This document shows, piece by piece, positions 26,242-32,000 of a DNA stretch of 32,000 bases. The position numbers were made by a program, and so were the translations under genes. The DNA comes from Ignicoccus pacificus DSM 13166 (lineage in GTDB: Archaea; Thermoproteota; Thermoprotei_A; Sulfolobales; Ignicoccaceae). The notes under the pieces were generated by a model. It made no database searches. It saw only the letters and a list, made by a program, of their open reading frames with translations, and was not told the origin of the DNA. Where the stretch lies: assembly GCA_025340205.1 (NCBI GenBank), contig CP006868.1, positions 990,001 to 1,022,000 of the forward strand, in the 5' to 3' direction. The stretch's first letter is position 1, and each line of letters opens with the position of its first letter.

Positions 26242-27096
26242 ATGAAGGTGCCTTACGAAGTGGATCGGCTGAGGTTCGGACCTGCCGGGATACCTCACGC
26301 TGCTAAGAAGAGGAGCGTGATCGAGGGCGTGAAGAAGGTAGCGGAACTCGGCCTCGATGCCATGGAGCTCGAGTTCGTAAGGGGAGTGAAGCTAAGCCTC
26401 GAGAAAGCTAGGGAAGTCGGAAAGGTAGCCAAGGAGCTAGATGTAGTGCTGACAGCTCATGCTCCCTACTACGTCAACTTAGCTGCTAAAGAGGAGGAGA
26501 AGAGAAAGAGGAGCATAAACCACATCGTGACTTCCGCTAGGGTGCTTCACGCCGCCGGAGGGTGGAGCGTGGTCTTCCACCCGGGCTGGTACATGAAGAG
26601 GGCTCCAACCTTAGTGTATCAGATAATTAGAGACGCTCTGAAGGAAGTCATTGAAATTCTTGAAAGCGAGGGAGTTGATGTATGGATAAGGCCGGAGACC
26701 ATGGAGATGAAAACGAAGTTCGGTAGTCTTGACGAGGTTATAAAGCTTTCATTGGAATTTGAGAAGGTGCTTCCTTGCATTGACTTCGCTCACCTAAGGT
26801 ATAGGGAGAACTGGAACAGCGAGGAACATTTCAGATCTATTCTAGAGAAGCTGGAGAAAGAGCTAGGAAGAAGAGCCTTGGACAACATGCACATTCACGT
26901 CTCTGGGATAAAGTTAGATAAGCACGGAACCCATTTGAATTTAAAGGAGTCTGATATGAGATGGGAGGAGTTGCTAAAGGTCTTGAAGGAATTCAACGTA
27001 AGGGGAGTTCTCATCAGCGAGTCTCCGAACTTGGAGGAAGACGCTCTAATGATGAAGAGACTGTGGGAGAAGCTAACATCCCAAGAGACCTCTTGA
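26242..27096 (+). CDS. nfo: Endonuclease IV-like TIM-barrel protein (Nfo/AP endonuclease 2 family)
   Basis: RFGPAGIPHAAKKRSVIEGVKKVAELGLDAMELEFVRGV, LTAHAPYYVNLA, VVFHPGWYM, VWIRPETMEMKTKFGSLDEV, CIDFAHLRYR, HIHVSG. Confidence 0.88.
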   Translation: MKVPYEVDRLRFGPAGIPHAAKKRSVIEGVKKVAELGLDAMELEFVRGVKLSLEKAREVGKVAKELDVVLTAHAPYYVNLAAKEEEKRKRSINHIVTSARVLHAAGGWSVVFHPGWYMKRAPTLVYQIIRDALKEVIEILESEGVDVWIRPETMEMKTKFGSLDEVIKLSLEFEKVLPCIDFAHLRYRENWNSEEHFRSILEKLEKELGRRALDNMHIHVSGIKLDKHGTHLNLKESDMRWEELLKVLKEFNVRGVLISESPNLEEDALMMKRLWEKLTSQETS

Positions 27097-28797
27097 GGAC
27101 GCGTTAAATACCACTAGCTTAGCGACCTCAGGTTCCGATATCAAGAAGTTGTACTTCCTCACATCGAATATCTCCATACCCTCGAGCCTAGCCCTCACCT
27201 TCACGGTCAATGGACCCACGGGAACCCTCTTCCCTAGTTCCTCAGCGACCCTTCCAGGGAGACCCTTGTTCCCGGTCTCCTTGACGTGAACCCATGCTCC
27301 GGGACAAGGGGTTAGGTAATCCTCGAGTTCGCTCCAGACTAAGTGCGCGTCCTCTTGTAAGAACCACAGCTTCCCAGCGGGGCCGTACAGGTAGGCAGCT
27401 ATTCCCTCTTTGCCTAACCTGTTCAAAATTCTCTTGAGTCTCGTCAGAGGGATCGCGGCTAGTTCAGCAATAAACTCCTCGTAGAGGGGCCTCCCCTTTA
27501 AGGCCTCCATGACGCTTCCGGCAGTCGACTTTCTTAGAAGCCTTCTCAGCACCTTGACGTCCACGTGAGCGTCAACGCCAACCCTCTTCGCCATCTCTAG
27601 GCCTTCGATAAGGAGATCCATGTCTACGGTTTCAGGAGTAGCTATGAAGACTAGGAACTTCATTTTGCCTTGCTTAGGCCTCAAGAGCCTCCCTATTCTC
27701 TGTATCAATCTTAGCGTAGAAGAGGTATTGCTCCATATTACCAATAGGTCGGCCTCAGGTAGGTCTATTCCCTCCTCCCCAGCGCTCGTGGAAACTATAA
27801 TCGAAGCCTTCTTGACCTCTTCCAGCTTCACCTTTCCGCTCCTCTTGCCGACTACCAGCGCAGCTCCAAGTTTTTCTGCTACGAACCTAGCTACCACCAC
27901 CCTGTCTATGAACACTATAGCTTTTTCAAAGGGATGATCGTTCAAGACTCTTTCTAAGTGAGGGAGCTTGTGAACGGGACAAGACCTCGTACACTTTTCC
28001 AAACCTTCTATTTCTCTCAGAAGATGGGATAGAAGGGTTCCTTTCTTGGCGGATTCCGCCAGAGCTAGGGCCCCATCCCTAGCAAGGAACCTCATGGCTA
28101 GAGCGTAGAGGCCCCTTATCCTCCCCGCGCTGCTCGCCCACATCTCCTTGAGCTTCTGATAATATTCCATACACTCCTTGCAAAGAGGGGACTCGTATAC
28201 TTCGCCTATCCACTTGGGCATGTATCTTAAGATCTCTTCATTTTCATAAGTCCAAACTATTATCTCTCCTATGTATTTCTCGATCATCTCCTTTCTGTTA
28301 GGTGGTATGAAGGCGCTTAGTCCAAGCCTCCACTCCGCCTTAACTAGCTCCACCACCTTTACGTAAGCGTCTTTCCCAGTGGTGTGGTGACATTCGTCGA
28401 CCACCAATACGTTAACCTCTTTCAAGAGGTCTGGGAAGTTCACCGCCTCTTCGGGCGTCGCCACTACTACCTCCGCTTTCAGAGCAGACCTCTTCTCGGT
28501 CTCGCTCTTTCCTCCATGAAGAGGCTTTGCCTCTACCTCGAATTTCTCTGAAAGCACCAGCGAGTTCTGATCGACTAAGATTCTCGTCGGCTCGAGGACC
28601 AGTGCCTTCCCTAGCTCGCCTCTCCTCTTCAGCTCCTCTAGCCAAGCGCCGGCAACTATGGTCTTTCCTGAACCGGTAGGCATCACTATTACTGCTCTCT
28701 TCTTAGTCAAAGCTATTTCAAGAGCCCTCTTCTGGTATTCCCTCAGCTTCACCTTCAAGACACTATTACCCTTCTCAGCGTTCAGTAGAGGTAGCAA
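27073..28797 (-). CDS. SF2 helicase, Hef/FANCM/XPB-like, with cysteine-containing insert
   Basis: LREYQKRALEIALTKKRAVIVMPTGSGKT, VVDECHHTTG (DECH), SIIVSTSAGEEGIDLPEADLLVIW, LIQRIGRLLRPKQGK. Confidence 0.9.
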   Translation of the reverse strand: MLPLLNAEKGNSVLKVKLREYQKRALEIALTKKRAVIVMPTGSGKTIVAGAWLEELKRRGELGKALVLEPTRILVDQNSLVLSEKFEVEAKPLHGGKSETEKRSALKAEVVVATPEEAVNFPDLLKEVNVLVVDECHHTTGKDAYVKVVELVKAEWRLGLSAFIPPNRKEMIEKYIGEIIVWTYENEEILRYMPKWIGEVYESPLCKECMEYYQKLKEMWASSAGRIRGLYALAMRFLARDGALALAESAKKGTLLSHLLREIEGLEKCTRSCPVHKLPHLERVLNDHPFEKAIVFIDRVVVARFVAEKLGAALVVGKRSGKVKLEEVKKASIIVSTSAGEEGIDLPEADLLVIWSNTSSTLRLIQRIGRLLRPKQGKMKFLVFIATPETVDMDLLIEGLEMAKRVGVDAHVDVKVLRRLLRKSTAGSVMEALKGRPLYEEFIAELAAIPLTRLKRILNRLGKEGIAAYLYGPAGKLWFLQEDAHLVWSELEDYLTPCPGAWVHVKETGNKGLPGRVAEELGKRVPVGPLTVKVRARLEGMEIFDVRKYNFLISEPEVAKLVVFNASSRGLLGC

Positions 28798-28822
28798 AAG
28801 TAGGGGATGGGTCTTGCGAATT

Positions 28823-28832
28823 CCTATTAAAA
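28823..28832 (+). promoter_or_regulatory. Putative TATA box for the S17e-S24e-S27ae operon
   Basis: cctattaaaa about 35-40 bp upstream of the TTG 28865 start. Confidence 0.45.
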
Positions 28833-28864
28833 GCTCCCACGCTCCCCGCTAGGGGGTTCGAAGA

Positions 28865-29083
28865 TTGGGGAAGGTTAGGATAAACGTGGTTAAGAGAACC
28901 GCTAGGAAGCTACTAGCTATGTATCCCGATCTCTTCACTAGGGATTTCGAGCACAACAAGAAGGTAGTTAACGAGTTAGTTGAGGTAGACTCCAAGAAGC
29001 TTAGGAACCAGATAGCCGGTTACATAACTCACTTAAAGAAGGTGGAGCAGAGGAGGCAGAGCATAGAGCTTGAGGAGAGGTGA
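28865..29083 (+). CDS. rps17e: 30S ribosomal protein S17e
   Basis: [35 protein letters not shown]...[13 protein letters not shown]. Confidence 0.96.
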   Translation: MGKVRINVVKRTARKLLAMYPDLFTRDFEHNKKVVNELVEVDSKKLRNQIAGYITHLKKVEQRRQSIELEER

Positions 29084-29088
29084 GAGCC

Positions 29089-29400
29089 ATGACCACTCAG
29101 ATCACTATTGGAGAATATGGAATTGAGATAGCTGAGGAGAAGTGGAACCCTCTGGCCCTAAGGAAGGAGTTCACCATCATAATAACCCACGTCGCCAAGC
29201 CCACTCCTACCAGGTGCGAGGTGAGGGAGGCGGTAGCTAAGGCGCTAAACGTGGACAAGGATCTAGTAGTGGTCACCAAGATGCTAAGTGAGTACGGCAT
29301 AGGTAGGACCAGGGTGAGGGTTCACGTCTACAAGGACAAGGAGAGGCTCCAATACCTAGAGCCTCAAAAGGTGATCAAGCTAAACGAGAAGTGTGGGTGA
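29089..29400 (+). CDS. rps24e: 30S ribosomal protein S24e
   Basis: ITHVAKPTPTRCEVREAVAKALNVDKDLVVVTKMLSEYGIGRTRVRVHVYKDKE; ORF track start 29080, gaggtgag SD before ATG 29089. Confidence 0.95.
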   Translation: MTTQITIGEYGIEIAEEKWNPLALRKEFTIIITHVAKPTPTRCEVREAVAKALNVDKDLVVVTKMLSEYGIGRTRVRVHVYKDKERLQYLEPQKVIKLNEKCG

Positions 29401-29405
29401 TAGAG

Positions 29406-29585
29406 ATGCCGAAGCACGCGCAAGTAAAGCCCCATAAGTTATACGAGTGGGATTACAACACCGGAACCATAAAGCCGAAGAACAAGAGATGCCCTAGGTG
29501 TGGTAGCTGGATGGCCCACCACCTCAAGCCCATCGAGAGGTGGCACTGCGGCAAGTGCGGCTACACAATATTTGTCAAGAAGTGA
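29406..29585 (+). CDS. rps27ae: 30S ribosomal protein S27ae
   Basis: MPKHAQVKPHKLYEWDYNTGTIKPKNKRCPRCGSWMAHH...RWHCGKCGYTIFVKK zinc ribbon. Confidence 0.96.
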   Translation: MPKHAQVKPHKLYEWDYNTGTIKPKNKRCPRCGSWMAHHLKPIERWHCGKCGYTIFVKK

Positions 29586-29616
29586 TCTTTGTTCCTCCGT
29601 CCCCCGATAGGTTGGG

Positions 29617-30618
29617 GTGCAATACTTGATAGTTTTAGGTATTGAGAGCACAGCCCATACTATAGGTATAGGTATAGCCATCGATAAGGAACCCTACATC
29701 CTCGCCAACGTGTTCCATACTTACGTTCCTGAATCCGGAGGGATTCACCCAAGGGAGGCAGCTAGACATCATGCCCTCTGGGGACCCAAGCTCTTAAGAG
29801 AGGCCTTGGAGAAAGCTAAAATCTCAATTAGAGATGTGGACGCTATAGCCTACAGCGCGGGTCCGGGCTTAGGACCGTGTCTGAGAACTGGCGCCGTAAT
29901 AGCTAGAGCGCTGGGAGCCAAGTACGGAAAGCCATTGGTACCCGTCAATCACAGCCTAGCTCACATAGAGATAGCCCGTCTCTTTACTGGCTTCAAGAGG
30001 CCTTTGGCTATTTACGTATCAGGCGGAAGCACGATGATCTCTGCGCCAGCGATAAAGAGGTACAGAGTGTACGGGGAGACCCTTGACATAGGTTTGGGTA
30101 ACTTGCTTGATACGTTTGCTAGAGAGGTGGGAATAGGTCCCCCCTTCGTTAAGAAAGGGGTTCACGTAGTTGAACTGTGTTCTGAGGGCGCTAAGGAGCC
30201 TCTACTCTTACCTTATACCGTGCAAGGAGTGGACCTCTCCTTTTCAGGGTTGTTAACAGCTGCCTTGAAGGAGTGGAAGAAGGGCAAGAAGAAGGAGGTC
30301 TGTTACGGCCTATGGGAGATCGCTTATGATATGGTAGTTGAGGTAGGAGAAAGGGCGCTTGCTCATTCTAAATTAAAAGAAATAGTATTAGTAGGGGGCG
30401 TGGCGGGATCCAAGAAGCTCCAAGAGAAGGTGCATTTAATGGCTCAAGAACATGGAGCTAGGTACAAGCCAATACCTTATGAATATGCTAGAGATAATGG
30501 AGCTATGATAGCTTGGACTGGATTGAAATTATTTAAGTATGGAATAAGCATCACACCTCTTCAAGCTAGAGTTTACCAGAGATGGAGGCTTGATGAAGTA
30601 ACTGTGCCATGGCTCTGA
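29617..30618 (+). CDS. kae1: Kae1/TsaD tRNA N6-threonylcarbamoyladenosine synthase subunit
   Basis: VLGIESTAHTIGIGI, GGIHPREAARHHA metal site, AYSAGPGLGPCLRTG, VSGGSTM, GGVAGSKKL, ARDNGAMIAWTG; true start may be a few codons downstream. Confidence 0.97.
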   Translation: MQYLIVLGIESTAHTIGIGIAIDKEPYILANVFHTYVPESGGIHPREAARHHALWGPKLLREALEKAKISIRDVDAIAYSAGPGLGPCLRTGAVIARALGAKYGKPLVPVNHSLAHIEIARLFTGFKRPLAIYVSGGSTMISAPAIKRYRVYGETLDIGLGNLLDTFAREVGIGPPFVKKGVHVVELCSEGAKEPLLLPYTVQGVDLSFSGLLTAALKEWKKGKKKEVCYGLWEIAYDMVVEVGERALAHSKLKEIVLVGGVAGSKKLQEKVHLMAQEHGARYKPIPYEYARDNGAMIAWTGLKLFKYGISITPLQARVYQRWRLDEVTVPWL

Positions 30619-30635
30619 GGGAATTAAAAAGATGA

Positions 30636-31127
30636 TTGAGTGAATATAATAACTTTAGGAAACCACCTCCGCATCGGAGAAGTACAATGAGGGACTTAAC
30701 GAGGAAACTACAAGTGTTGACGTTACGAAAGAAAGGCTACAGTTACTCTGAAATTGGAAAGATCTTAGGGGTAACTAAGCAAAACGTACACTCCATAGAA
30801 AAGAGGGCCAGAAAGCAGTTCGACGAATGTAAGTTTGCATATGAATTGCTTCACTGGGCGTTCGCAAAGGATTGTCTAATAGTAAAGAAGGGAGAGGACC
30901 TACGTGAGGCGATAAAGAAGGTCCTAGAACTCGGAGATAAGTTAAACGTAAAGATAGTAGGTACTCTCGATGAAATATTAGGCTTCATAAAGGTTAGATT
31001 GGGAGACATAAAGGATAATGAGTTTGCTATTTGCATTATGGAAGATGGGAAGATAGAAGTAATAGGACCCCAAACCCTCGAGCACTTGCGTCAACTAAAT
31101 TTGATTGACTCTATTGGTAAAGCTTAA
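30636..31127 (+). CDS. Tfx-like helix-turn-helix regulator
   Basis: LTRKLQVLTLRKKGYSYSEIGKILGVTKQNVHSIEKRARK with C-terminal ligand/dimer-like domain. Confidence 0.8.
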   Translation: MSEYNNFRKPPPHRRSTMRDLTRKLQVLTLRKKGYSYSEIGKILGVTKQNVHSIEKRARKQFDECKFAYELLHWAFAKDCLIVKKGEDLREAIKKVLELGDKLNVKIVGTLDEILGFIKVRLGDIKDNEFAICIMEDGKIEVIGPQTLEHLRQLNLIDSIGKA

Positions 31128-31159
31128 GTATAGTCAATGGTATATGTCAAACCGGTGGG

Positions 31160-31942
31160 TTGATGAGGCAGCAGAGGACCTTGATCATCCTTACGGGAGT
31201 GACCGTAGTCTTGGTTCTGGCTTTAGGAGCCCTCAGCTTGAGTTCATCCGACGAACCCACGTTCTACCTCGGAGCTGCCATGAAGAAGGCGTGGCAGCCG
31301 ATAGTTCAGCAATTCGAGAAGGAATACCACGTGAAGGTAAGGGCCATCTACGGTAGCTCTGGAGGACTCCTAAGCCAAATGGTCATGGCGAAGAGAGGCG
31401 ACATATACTCGCCGGCCACTCCTCCGTACATGGAAAAAGCTATCAAGGAAGGGGTCGTAGATCCAAGCACTGTAAGGGTAGTTGCTTGCTTGGCACCGGC
31501 GATACTCTATCCTAAGGGCAAGCACTACACCCTTCAAGATCTGCTGACCAAGAACGTGAAGATAGCTATGTGTAACACCGAGAACTGTGCCGTAGGGAAG
31601 TTCATAAAGCAAATGCTAGAGAAGGAGGGACTTTGGGACAAGATAAAGAAGAAGGTGGTAGTTTACACCGAGAACTTCGCCAAGTTAGTGAGCTTATTGT
31701 ACATGGGAGAGGTAGACGCAGCGCTAGGATGGAACATAGCTAAGTACTGGTATCCGAACAAGATAGATGCTACTATACTGAAGGGACCTATGCCCTACAA
31801 GCCTTGTATGACCATAGCTATATCAAAGTTCTCAAAGCACAGGGACATAGCGCAGAAGTTCATTGAATTCTTGAACAGCACCTATGCCAAGTACATCATA
31901 TTCCAGAAGTACCACTACCTGAGGCCGGGTGCTCTAGGTTGA
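31160..31942 (+). CDS. Tungstate/molybdate ABC transporter substrate-binding protein (WtpA/ModA-like)
   Basis: N-terminal signal/anchor (TLIILTGVTVVLVLALGALSL), YLGAAMKKAWQPIVQQFEKEYHVKVRAIYGSSGGLLSQMVMAKRGDIY, DAALGW. Confidence 0.85.
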   Translation: MMRQQRTLIILTGVTVVLVLALGALSLSSSDEPTFYLGAAMKKAWQPIVQQFEKEYHVKVRAIYGSSGGLLSQMVMAKRGDIYSPATPPYMEKAIKEGVVDPSTVRVVACLAPAILYPKGKHYTLQDLLTKNVKIAMCNTENCAVGKFIKQMLEKEGLWDKIKKKVVVYTENFAKLVSLLYMGEVDAALGWNIAKYWYPNKIDATILKGPMPYKPCMTIAISKFSKHRDIAQKFIEFLNSTYAKYIIFQKYHYLRPGALG

Positions 31943-32000
31943 TGAAGTCAGTTCCTATAATTCTCTCAATATTTGTTTTGCTAATACTCTCATCGCTTTT
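31942..32000 (+). CDS. Start of a probable ABC transporter permease (truncated by window end)
   Basis: ATG 31942 overlaps the previous TGA (TGATG); MKSVPIILSIFVLLILSS... is a hydrophobic N-terminus. Function inferred from context. Confidence 0.55.
   Translation, partial: MKSVPIILSIFVLLILSSL

Noticed and set aside
1-32000. CRISPR arrays, insertion sequences, integrase, toxin-antitoxin or defence gene clusters
   Set aside because: No regularly spaced direct repeats, transposase or integrase motifs, or terminal inverted repeats were seen. The AbrB-like gene is fused to an ACT-like domain and has no adjacent toxin-like ORF, so it is not called an antitoxin.

Overview
The window is a compact, gene-dense stretch of hyperthermophilic archaeal (crenarchaeal) chromosome. 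Protein content and promoter style suggest a Desulfurococcales member such as Ignicoccus, but that is inference and no database was searched. It encodes housekeeping and metabolic genes: DAHP synthase, PurF, a TauE/SafE-type permease, a large SF2 helicase, a TIP49/RuvB-like ATPase, tRNA-Asn(GTT), a Roadblock/LC7 protein, a tungsten-type aldehyde:ferredoxin oxidoreductase, a valyl-tRNA synthetase-like enzyme, a DJ-1/PfpI protein, an ALG7/WecA-like GlcNAc-1-P transferase, RibB, an AbrB-ACT fusion, a DUF357-cytidylyltransferase fusion, FolE, a methyltransferase, GlyA, a UbiA prenyltransferase, a cupin, an endonuclease IV-like protein, a Hef/FANCM-like helicase, ribosomal proteins S17e/S24e/S27ae, Kae1/TsaD, a Tfx-like regulator and the start of a tungstate/molybdate ABC transporter. 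I found no CRISPR array, transposon, prophage or recognisable defence island. The best second-look items are several structured intergenic segments that could be small RNAs (around 10276-10361, 16433-16563 and 21281-21347), a helicase with a four-cysteine insert, a long out-of-frame overlap at the glyA start, an inverted repeat beside a regulator promoter, a systematic pattern of interlocked convergent genes, and several orphan cysteine-rich or small proteins.
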